Of a DNA stretch of 58,867 nucleotides, positions 44,175 to 51,706 are shown one piece after another. The notes under the pieces are model-generated. The model ran no database searches. It had not been told where the DNA came from and saw nothing but the letters and a program-made list of their open reading frames with translations. Both the position numbers and the translations under genes were made by a program. How positions within the stretch are numbered: position 1 is the stretch's first letter; every line of letters begins with the position of its first letter. Origin of the DNA: a virus; the IMG/VR virus record IMGVR_UViG_3300012933_000180, positions 1 through 58,867 of that record. One strand, 5' to 3'.

Positions 44175-45041
44175 TTAGCCGAGCGCGATTGCCATTGCAA
44201 CGGCGTAGTCTTGTGATTCAGCAATACTCATCACACCCAAGTTTGTTCGAGCGTCTGCTGCCGTTGTACCGCCAGTGCCACCAGAATCAACGGCCAATGT
44301 TGCTGACAAGCCAGCAGCCGTGCCTGTTGTGTTTTGGTTCCAAGTCGGTACAGTGCCAGACAAGTTAGCGTAAGTGTAGCCGGTACAGTTTGTCAGCGTA
44401 CCGCTTGCTGGAGTACCAAGCGCAAACACAGCGCCGTTGGTCACACCAATAGTTTTGGCAGAACCTTGCCCGTTGAAAGTAATGTTCCCGCCAAGATACC
44501 AAGACTTGGCAGCGGAAGCCGACGTGACAATGTTTCCGTTTGCCAAGAACAGTGCTACGTTGCCGCCATAAGTCAGGCCAGAGTCACCATTCTCAGCGTC
44601 ACCATACAAACCAATGTTGTAGTTGCCGGTGTGAGTATCTTTTGCATACCCGCGAACACCAACAGCAACACCCGCGTCTCCAGCTGCGGACACATGTCCT
44701 TCACCAGTTACGCCAGTACCGCGACCGTCTCCTGTTGAATTGGTATAACCAGCCCCGTAAACACCAGAACCCCACGTCGTACCAACGCTTGACGCCTCAG
44801 CCATTTGACCGATGTACAGGGATTCGTTATGTTGAACACCAGACGCAATGTTAGAAACAACCGATAGGGCGTTCGGGAAACGCGTTAAGTTGGCAGACGC
44901 AGTAGGACCCGTCAACGACGTCGAAAACAAAACGTTGGACCCTGACTCATATTTGTCAGTGTTCAAGTTGGTAAAGTTGGCATCGACCTCGTTATTTGTT
45001 AGAGGTGATCCCTTCCCGGCGCGGGTGACGATGGTGCTCAT
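44175..45041 (-). CDS. Tail fibre protein (288 aa)
   Basis: N-terminal MSTIVTRAGKGSPLTNNEVDANFTNLNTDK is a widespread fibre anchor motif. The body is Gly/Thr/Asn-rich. Confidence 0.7.
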   Translation of the reverse strand: MSTIVTRAGKGSPLTNNEVDANFTNLNTDKYESGSNVLFSTSLTGPTASANLTRFPNALSVVSNIASGVQHNESLYIGQMAEASSVGTTWGSGVYGAGYTNSTGDGRGTGVTGEGHVSAAGDAGVAVGVRGYAKDTHTGNYNIGLYGDAENGDSGLTYGGNVALFLANGNIVTSASAAKSWYLGGNITFNGQGSAKTIGVTNGAVFALGTPASGTLTNCTGYTYANLSGTVPTWNQNTTGTAAGLSATLAVDSGGTGGTTAADARTNLGVMSIAESQDYAVAMAIALG

Positions 45042-45053
45042 TCAGCGCTCCAA

Positions 45054-45503
45054 TTAGGAGATTGTCACAGTCCAAGTGATGGCCATGGTGTCGTTGACAT
45101 CCTTGTTTACAGGCTGGAACACGGTACGGCACAACATAGTGCCGCTGGACGAAGCGTTAAAAATGCCAGCTTCGGTAATCGCTGTAAGCGATGCTGGCGT
45201 GCCAGCTGGGAATGTAGCCACGTACGCAACCGCGTTGGCGGTCACGGTGGTAGAAGTCAGAGACACACGGGCAGACTCAACTACAAGAGCAGTTTGGCTA
45301 GCGCCTGCTGAAGTTGTACCAGCTCCGATAGCCATGTGGCTCATCGCTGTAGCAGTGGTGTCCTTCATGCGGCTAGCGATGTACGCCAAACCTGTGTCAA
45401 CCACCATGTTAGGGATGGTCTGCTCGTGTTTCACAGTGCCGTCAGCAGCTGTAACTAAGACTTGCACTACGCCTGTGGCGCTGACTTTTTCATTCGTGTT
45501 CAT
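45054..45503 (-). CDS. Virion-module protein (149 aa)
   Basis: ORF track. Beta-rich. ITEAGIFNASSSGTMLCRTVF pattern is seen in fibre-associated phage proteins (from memory). Confidence 0.55.
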   Translation of the reverse strand: MNTNEKVSATGVVQVLVTAADGTVKHEQTIPNMVVDTGLAYIASRMKDTTATAMSHMAIGAGTTSAGASQTALVVESARVSLTSTTVTANAVAYVATFPAGTPASLTAITEAGIFNASSSGTMLCRTVFQPVNKDVNDTMAITWTVTIS

Positions 45504-45512
45504 GTAAATTCC

Positions 45513-46487
45513 TCAAAAGTTAAAACGGTACCCGACGTAGTCTTCTGCGAAATACGTGATGTCACAGTAGCCTTGACTAACCACTGACCCAGAGTCCGAA
45601 GCAGCAGCCGAATCTGAGGCAATTTTACCCACAGACAGTGCTGTAGTATCCGTTGTAACCGCAGATTCAGTCAAGCCTTTAAGGAATGAAACGAACGCGG
45701 AGTCCAGAGTAGATGCGCCGTCAGCAAATGTTTTGCTCAACGACCAAGCGGCCGCATCGGATACGGAGCCAGAATCAGTGGCAGACTGGTACACACCTTT
45801 TTCGTAGACGAGATCATCAGTAGCCGAGACACTATCAAACAGCGCCTTGACAAAAGATTTAGCCGCAGCATCTGATGTTGCCGCCGTGTCAGATAAAGAG
45901 CGCACAAAGTCAACGTACCGCTGCAAGGAGTCACTTGTGGATGCGTTGTCTGACACCACTTTTACAAATTGGATTGTCTGGTCATCGTCAGTCGCCACGC
46001 CATCCATGTCGTCAACAGCACTCACTGTGTCCGCCAAGGTTTTTGTAAATGTTTTTGTAGCTACGTCAGACGCATTAGCTAGGTCTTCCACCGCTTTGTT
46101 GAGCGTTACAGCAATAGTTTCCGAGTGCATTACGTCATCCGACAGCTGCTTACCGAAGGACACCGTGAGGGCGTCGGCAGCGTCTGCTATGTCTGACAAG
46201 GCCTTTACTACTGCCTTTGCGGCAGTATCAGAAGTCGTAACTGTTTCGTCGAACTCAAAAAAACTAAGAAAGTACCCCACTAAAGCGTCAGCTTTTAAGA
46301 GCACATATTGCGTGTCGGCGCTAAGTTTTACTGAGTTCAAGGCCACCTGTAGCTTGGTATGCGCAACCGCAGCTTGCAGTTTTACATACTCAGTCGAAGC
46401 AACAATAGCCCCTGAATCTACAGCCGCCTGTAACTTTTGATAGGCAGCCTCTACTTGCAGCCTTAGATATTCGGCTGCTGAGCGCAT
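45513..46487 (-). CDS. Repeat protein, about eleven 18-residue units (324 aa)
   Basis: N-terminal coiled coil, then repeated K-x-(L/F)-x-D-x-(A/V)-x-x-(S/T)-D units, e.g. KALSDIADAADALTVSFG, KTLADTVSAVDD, RSLSDTAATSDAAAKSFV, KALFDSVSATDD. Confidence 0.7.
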   Translation of the reverse strand: MRSAAEYLRLQVEAAYQKLQAAVDSGAIVASTEYVKLQAAVAHTKLQVALNSVKLSADTQYVLLKADALVGYFLSFFEFDETVTTSDTAAKAVVKALSDIADAADALTVSFGKQLSDDVMHSETIAVTLNKAVEDLANASDVATKTFTKTLADTVSAVDDMDGVATDDDQTIQFVKVVSDNASTSDSLQRYVDFVRSLSDTAATSDAAAKSFVKALFDSVSATDDLVYEKGVYQSATDSGSVSDAAAWSLSKTFADGASTLDSAFVSFLKGLTESAVTTDTTALSVGKIASDSAAASDSGSVVSQGYCDITYFAEDYVGYRFNF

Positions 46488-46822
46488 TAGAACTCGCCGC
46501 GCATGCGGAATTTAAGCAGGTCGTAGACTGTCTGTACGCCGCTGCCAGAAGCAAAAGTGACTTGAATTTCACCTTCGTAGTCGCCGGGTTCGCCAGCCAT
46601 CGCCGCAGTGGACATCGGGAAAATAACTATGCCCGCAGCTCCGTTGGTCACGGTGCCGGTTATGGTCGCTGTAAGCGTTGTAGAACCTACTTGTCGGAAC
46701 TTTAGCAACACCGTAGCGCCAGTAATGTCTACAACCGCACCAGTGTTTTCGTTGGTAATGGTCGCTTGAACTTGAGGACGGTCAACGTCACCCTGAACTA
46801 AGTAGATGCGGTCTGTCGTCAT
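46487..46822 (-). CDS. BppU_N-like Ig-fold protein (111 aa from ATG 46822)
   Basis: DVDRPQVQATITNENTGAVVDITGATVLLKF...ITGTVTNGAAGIVIFPM...GDYEGEIQVTF matches the baseplate-upper-protein N-domain pattern. The track start at 46828 is a TTG. ATG 46822 gives ATGA coupling. Confidence 0.65.
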   Translation of the reverse strand: MTTDRIYLVQGDVDRPQVQATITNENTGAVVDITGATVLLKFRQVGSTTLTATITGTVTNGAAGIVIFPMSTAAMAGEPGDYEGEIQVTFASGSGVQTVYDLLKFRMRGEF

Positions 46823-47463
46823 GCCCAAATCCTGTTGTAACGTACGCGCAATGGCGCGTTGTTCATGCCGCCGTTAACGTAAGCACGGGTGTTTTGCTTG
46901 GCCGTACGGAACTGAGTTCGGTAGTACGTAGATGCCGCCACATCGGTGTATGGCTGGTTTGGAGTAGCCATCAAGTGGGCCAGTACGCCAGCCACGATGT
47001 CTTCCAAATAGCGCTCGTACAGCACCGAGTCCACGGTTGTGGAGTCTCGGGTAGGCATGTAAGAGAAACGGCCTGTGATGGCCGCCTGCTTAGTTTCAGC
47101 AGGGCACAGCACCAAAGTGATCTCGTCAGCGTTGAACTGAGTAAACGCCTGAGGTGTACCTGTCAGAGACTGCCAGTTACGTGTGAACGCACGCTCTAAT
47201 TCGAGCTGGCTCTTACGTTCCAGTTTGCGCGTCAAGTAGTACAACCCCAGCACTTGGCCGGTGATGTAACCCTTAGGCGGGTCAATCTCGTACGTGCTAA
47301 CACCGGTCTGCGTAGTAATCGGGTCGAGGTCTTGCTGCAAGATGAGGGTCTCACGGCAGAAGTCGATGCACGCGTTACGCGTAGCGATGATAACTTGCTC
47401 ATCGAAGCAGTTGTTGACGTGCGGTAGCACGTGCGGCAGGAATACTTCGTAGGATACTGTCAT
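46819..47463 (-). CDS. Head-tail joining/adaptor candidate (214 aa)
   Basis: ORF track. Position after the capsid block. ATGA coupling on both sides. No diagnostic motif. Confidence 0.5.
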   Translation of the reverse strand: MTVSYEVFLPHVLPHVNNCFDEQVIIATRNACIDFCRETLILQQDLDPITTQTGVSTYEIDPPKGYITGQVLGLYYLTRKLERKSQLELERAFTRNWQSLTGTPQAFTQFNADEITLVLCPAETKQAAITGRFSYMPTRDSTTVDSVLYERYLEDIVAGVLAHLMATPNQPYTDVAASTYYRTQFRTAKQNTRAYVNGGMNNAPLRVRYNRIWA

Positions 47464-48143
47464 TGTGCCAGCCCGGGGTTATTGGGGTTCAACTCAGCCA
47501 ACGGTTTGTTGGGGTTGACCGCCGTTTCAGCAGCGACCTTGCCTTGCAGCGAAGCCGTGAACATACCCATGTACGCAGAAGCCTGCGCCCCGTTGGCGTA
47601 CTCAGCATCCTTAGCGTAGGCCTTGGCAATGACGTAGTTCATCAACGCAGTAGCGTAGACGTCGTCCAGTTGAATATTGCCGTCGCTAGTGCAGTTGGCA
47701 GGAGAAGCCGAATACAGAATCTCCACATAGCCACGGCTAGAAGCCGGTTGTGGGGGGTACACATAGTAGTTCTTTGGGTCGAACGGCGAATACGTAAAGT
47801 GGCGGACCACTGCATTAGCCGTACTTGAATGCCAGTCAGGCACTTGGTTGTCGATAATCTCACGGCTCACAAGACGGATGGCCTTGCCCGGAGTAGAACC
47901 GTCGGTACCCATGTTGCGAATCACATCAAGCAAAGACACCGCGTCGGATGGAAGACTTTGCTTGGTGCCCTGTACCAGCTGCACAGGAGTATTTTTTGTA
48001 TTGGCGTTGGGCTTCAGCGCGACCAAGTCACGTTGCCCGTCATTTAGCCAGCCTAAAAGTTCAGACGCAGTCCAGCGCACGTTAGACGTGTCTTGCAAGA
48101 TCGTTGCGGCTTTCGACAGTAAGGAAGCTACAGTGGTGGTCAT
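47460..48143 (-). CDS. Head-tail joining/adaptor candidate (227 aa)
   Basis: ORF track. RWTASELLGWLNDGQRDLV resembles phage adaptor families (weak). Confidence 0.5.
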   Translation of the reverse strand: MTTTVASLLSKAATILQDTSNVRWTASELLGWLNDGQRDLVALKPNANTKNTPVQLVQGTKQSLPSDAVSLLDVIRNMGTDGSTPGKAIRLVSREIIDNQVPDWHSSTANAVVRHFTYSPFDPKNYYVYPPQPASSRGYVEILYSASPANCTSDGNIQLDDVYATALMNYVIAKAYAKDAEYANGAQASAYMGMFTASLQGKVAAETAVNPNKPLAELNPNNPGLAQ

Positions 48144-48182
48144 GCGAGTCGCCGAGTGAGTGAAACTACCTGAATCCTAGCA

Positions 48183-48206
48183 CAAAAGGGGCCCCCGTAG
48201 GGGCCC
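48183..48206 (-). terminator. Rho-independent terminator after the 112-aa gene
   Basis: Minus strand reads GGGCCCC-uacg-GGGGCCC (7-bp GC stem) followed by CUUUUG. Confidence 0.7.
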
Positions 48207-48216
48207 GCTTTACGCT

Positions 48217-48555
48217 TTAGGCGCTGAGGACCGCGCCCCAGTTTTCGCTACCCAAGCTGATGTAAGCACCAGACATGTTAGCGGCCAAAGCTTTAGCAGC
48301 GTTGGCAGTGCCGTTGTTGATCTTGCCACCAGTAGCTGGGTACACGTTCAAAGCAACGCCAGAGCTGTTCACAACGTAAACCACGTCGCCAACACCACGG
48401 CCAGTAGGCAACACAACGCCGTCGCTGGCATTGCCAGTAGTGACGAAGTTGACAGCGCCTGTCAAAGCTGTACCGCCAGCTTGGGTTTGAGTAGTACCTG
48501 CTGTAGCGGTCTCGTAACCGCCGATAGAGGTTTCAAATTTCATCGAATTAGCCAT
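48217..48555 (-). CDS. Small beta-rich capsid-associated protein, decoration candidate (112 aa)
   Basis: ORF track. Sits between the capsid gene and a strong terminator. Gly/Thr/Ala-rich. Confidence 0.55.
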   Translation of the reverse strand: MANSMKFETSIGGYETATAGTTQTQAGGTALTGAVNFVTTGNASDGVVLPTGRGVGDVVYVVNSSGVALNVYPATGGKINNGTANAAKALAANMSGAYISLGSENWGAVLSA

Positions 48556-48565
48556 ATCAGTTCTC

Positions 48566-48600
48566 CAAAAATAAAGAAATTGAAGGACCCCGGAGGGCCC
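48566..48600 (-). terminator. Hairpin plus U-rich tract after the capsid gene (partial terminator/attenuator)
   Basis: Minus strand reads GGGCCC-uccg-GGGUCC (one G-U) followed by uucaauuucuuuauuuuu. Confidence 0.5.
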
Positions 48601-48609
48601 CTCTGTCTA

Positions 48610-49578
48610 TCAGCCCTTGACGACTGCGTATGTCAAAGCTTGTGGCTTGACAGTCTTACGACCGTAAACCATCAAACCGCGCACCAATGTACCGAAATCG
48701 TTGGGGTTAGGGATAGACTCAACCTTGTTGATTTGCGATGCAAAAGTCATGGCGGAACGCTGACCAGCGATCATCACGTGACGCTTCACTTTACCGGAGT
48801 CAGTGCCACCGGTGTAGTTCTTGTCAGCTGCGGCTTTTGGCAACAGGTTCGACACATAGATGTCGAAACGGTCGATGCGGCCGATCTTGCCGTTACGCAA
48901 GATAGACTGGCTGTCACCAGTCACATAGGCTTGTGACAATGGGCTAGACATCAACAACTGACGCTCGTAAGGAGTCAAGACCAAGAAACGGTCTGTCTCA
49001 GGCACGTTTTGCTCGTCCAACACAGAAGACATCGCAGTGATGGTCTTCAGGATTTCAGGAGCGTTAGAGCTGGCAGCGAAGTCCAAAGGTGATGCGTCTG
49101 TACCCAAGTTGAAGGCACCGCTCAACACACCAGCGGTGTCGCCGATGTTGTCTGCGTCAGCAGCGCTAAATGTGTTCAAGAAGCAGTCGCGGTCAACGGC
49201 GATTTTCATCTGGTTGGCAGCGTCAGTAGTGAACGTGTCCATCAAGTTAGGCTGAGATTGGTACTCGAGCACGTCAGAGACGTTCACGCCAAAGTAGAAG
49301 CCCTTGTCGATTTGCAACTCGATGACTTCAGGAGTTGGAACTTCGTAAGTCAAAGACTGACCAACGGTATAAGCGTTGATGCTGATCGTTGGGATGTTGT
49401 TGATAGTGACCTTGTCACCCATGTTTTTGATGTCGCCTTCCCAGTTGGTATTGGAAACATCGCCGAACACGGTGTTAGCGTAGAACTTGACGTTCAACTT
49501 GCTAGACCAGATCGCTGGAATGAACGTACCTGAGTACGCGGGAGAGGTGTTAAAAGGGGACTGAACAGAATAAGACAT
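48610..49578 (-). CDS. Major capsid protein (322 aa)
   Basis: FIPAIWSSKLNVKFYANTVFGDV...GDKVTINNIP matches the P22-coat/HK97-fold capsid N-terminal pattern. Follows the scaffold gene. Bracketed by hairpins. Confidence 0.85.
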   Translation of the reverse strand: MSYSVQSPFNTSPAYSGTFIPAIWSSKLNVKFYANTVFGDVSNTNWEGDIKNMGDKVTINNIPTISINAYTVGQSLTYEVPTPEVIELQIDKGFYFGVNVSDVLEYQSQPNLMDTFTTDAANQMKIAVDRDCFLNTFSAADADNIGDTAGVLSGAFNLGTDASPLDFAASSNAPEILKTITAMSSVLDEQNVPETDRFLVLTPYERQLLMSSPLSQAYVTGDSQSILRNGKIGRIDRFDIYVSNLLPKAAADKNYTGGTDSGKVKRHVMIAGQRSAMTFASQINKVESIPNPNDFGTLVRGLMVYGRKTVKPQALTYAVVKG

Positions 49579-49620
49579 AAAAACTCCAAAAGGTTTGTGA
49601 AAACACGCGCCCTAGTTGAC

Positions 49621-50619
49621 TTACGGTGTGACCCGTCCTTCAGCCAGAGCAGCATTTAACTCTGCATCTAAGCGAGCGGCTTCGTCGTTGCTACCTTTCT
49701 GCTGCAATCGCATCAAGCGCATACTCTCGTTCTGAAACTGAGAACCAGTGTATGTGCGACGCGACGTTGGCGTTGCGGTAGACGCTGACGATTTACCGGG
49801 CGCTACTTGACGATTCAGTTCTTGGCGCGCTGTGTCGGCTTCCTGCTTCTTAGCTTTAGGGTTCAGCGTTGGGTGACGTTCAAAGAACGCATCAAACACC
49901 TCAACAACAGCGGATACATCGCGACGTCCTGCGGCACCTACCAAAGCGTCGTTCCATGTAATTGTCGAGCCCGGAATACGAGAACTCAACCATGTCTGAC
50001 ACTGGTCGGTAGCCTGAATTGCTTCCCATGTAGGTAAGGCCGTCGTCAGGTTATCAAAGAACCTTTCTTGGGCCGAAGCAGCTTGTGACTGTACGACTTC
50101 TCCGACTGTACCCTTGGCTTCAGCAAGCTTGCCTTCAAGCGCTTCGATTTGCCTAACGTACGTTGACTCGCGCTTACCAAATTCTTCTTTGGCTATACGA
50201 CGAGCAAGGTCCACTAGGTCCTCACCAAAAGCATCCACGTCGGTTTTGGTAACCAGCTCGCTCGCTTCGGGTTCTTTGGGAGCGGCTTTCGCTACTTCCG
50301 CGGCCTCGAGGCGTGCGGTTAACTGATCCACTGCGTCTGTCATTTGTCGCACTTGCTGTTGCAATGCGGGCACCTGACTATTGAATTGACCTTGCAGTGA
50401 CTGATAGCGTTGTCGCCACGTCAAACTGTTGGGGTCATCCTCAACTGACTTCACTGGTTCAGCGGAGACTGGCTCCTGACTTTGCTGCACAGGCTCTGTA
50501 GCAGGCTCTGCTTCTGGCTTTACTTCTTGGTTAGGTTCAGTAGCTTTCGCTTCCGCAACCGCCTTTTCGTACGCTTCCAAAGCGTCGGCTTGATCTTGAA
50601 CTTGTTTTGGCAATGCCAT
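49621..50619 (-). CDS. Scaffolding protein (332 aa)
   Basis: Acidic, coiled-coil-rich and low in aromatics. Immediately upstream of the capsid gene. Confidence 0.7.
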   Translation of the reverse strand: MALPKQVQDQADALEAYEKAVAEAKATEPNQEVKPEAEPATEPVQQSQEPVSAEPVKSVEDDPNSLTWRQRYQSLQGQFNSQVPALQQQVRQMTDAVDQLTARLEAAEVAKAAPKEPEASELVTKTDVDAFGEDLVDLARRIAKEEFGKRESTYVRQIEALEGKLAEAKGTVGEVVQSQAASAQERFFDNLTTALPTWEAIQATDQCQTWLSSRIPGSTITWNDALVGAAGRRDVSAVVEVFDAFFERHPTLNPKAKKQEADTARQELNRQVAPGKSSASTATPTSRRTYTGSQFQNESMRLMRLQQKGSNDEAARLDAELNAALAEGRVTP

Positions 50620-50696
50620 AAATACTCCTATGCCGGTCCCACCACAGGACTTAGGCGTGTTTTACAAACCGAATCGGCCGGGGGCTTCCCTTGGGC

Positions 50697-50927
50697 TTAT
50701 CGGGTCTTTTCTGCCAGCTCAGGCGCTTGCTTGAGCAAAACGATCAAGTCTTTGACTTGTCGCGCCATCCCTTGGACTTTCGGGGTGACTTCGCCGGACG
50801 AATCCAGCAAGTTTGTGGTTAGACGATCGAGTTCGGTTTCAAGAAACTTCTTGAGTACCTCTCCATCGGCAGACCGTGAAATACGGGCCAGCGCTTGAAG
50901 CTGCTGGGCATCTGGTTTAGTTAGCAA
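50697..50927 (-). CDS. Hypothetical head-module protein (76 aa from TTG 50927)
   Basis: Track ORF 50697..50999 overlaps the 60-aa gene. TTG at 50927 overlaps that gene's stop (TTGCTAA) and has AAGGG upstream. Confidence 0.45.
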   Translation of the reverse strand: MLTKPDAQQLQALARISRSADGEVLKKFLETELDRLTTNLLDSSGEVTPKVQGMARQVKDLIVLLKQAPELAEKTR

Positions 50928-51103
50928 GCTTTGCCCTTTGCGGTAGCGGCTTGACGTTTTACAACGCCGCCTGCTGCCTTCTTGACTGGGCCGCCGCACA
51001 TGAGGCCGTACTCAGCTTTTTCCTTGGCCATTACGCCAGCAGGAGCTTTGCCTTTTTTCAAGGCGGCCATTTCGGCCATTGCGTGTTTGCCGAGCTTTTT
51101 CAT
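50921..51103 (-). CDS. Lys/Ala-rich small protein ending in GKAC (60 aa)
   Basis: MKKL...CGGPVKKAAGGVVKRQAATAKGKAC. Mini-paralogue of the upstream 184-aa protein. Confidence 0.6.
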   Translation of the reverse strand: MKKLGKHAMAEMAALKKGKAPAGVMAKEKAEYGLMCGGPVKKAAGGVVKRQAATAKGKAC

Positions 51104-51658
51104 TTAGCAGGCCTTTCCGTGGGATTTAACCGTAGAGCGGGCTACCACGCCACCGTTTGCACGACGAGGCAACAGTGTGTTGGGGTTCACGTTAGATGTG
51201 TCGATCACGCCACGACCTTTAGCTGGTGCGCGTGAAGCCAAACGAGCTGTCTCGCGAGCTGTCTCAGACTTTGCCGCAGAGGCTTCGCGGTTGGTACGGT
51301 TCATACGATCGTATGGAGTCTCATACTTTGGCTTAGCTGTATCAGCAGACGCTGTAGAAGCAGCAGGTTTAGCAGCAGTGGTTTCCTTGCGGGCACCGGC
51401 CATCTCTGTCGTGTACTTCTTGCCGTTGTACTCAAAAGTACCGACGCCAGCCTTGCGGTTGGCAGCAAAAGCTTCTTTGAAGGATTTGTACTCAGGCTTA
51501 GATGCTTCAGCTTTAGTCTCAGTAGACTCGTTAGCCGCCTCGGCCATACCAGCGTTGCTGTCATTTTCAGGCGTGCCTGCGAAAGACTTAACGTCGTCCG
51601 ACACTTCACCACCGTCTTCAAAACGCTTAAGTTTCTTAGTTGTTGCGAGCTTTTTCAT
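51104..51658 (-). CDS. Lys/Ala-rich head-module protein ending in GKAC (184 aa)
   Basis: MKKL...FEDGGEV...FKEAFAANRKAGVGTFEYNGKKYTTEMAG...RRANGGVVARSTVKSHGKAC. Directly after the portal gene. Confidence 0.65.
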   Translation of the reverse strand: MKKLATTKKLKRFEDGGEVSDDVKSFAGTPENDSNAGMAEAANESTETKAEASKPEYKSFKEAFAANRKAGVGTFEYNGKKYTTEMAGARKETTAAKPAASTASADTAKPKYETPYDRMNRTNREASAAKSETARETARLASRAPAKGRGVIDTSNVNPNTLLPRRANGGVVARSTVKSHGKAC

Positions 51659-51706
51659 TTCAAGTCCTTCGTATGGTGAGTTTGTACACTAAGTTAGTGC
51701 CTACTG

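Noticed and set aside
50697-50999. 100-aa ORF start at 50999
   Set aside because: The first 24 codons overlap the 60-aa GKAC gene and are Arg/Ser-rich. The TTG at 50927 overlapping that gene's stop is more plausible.
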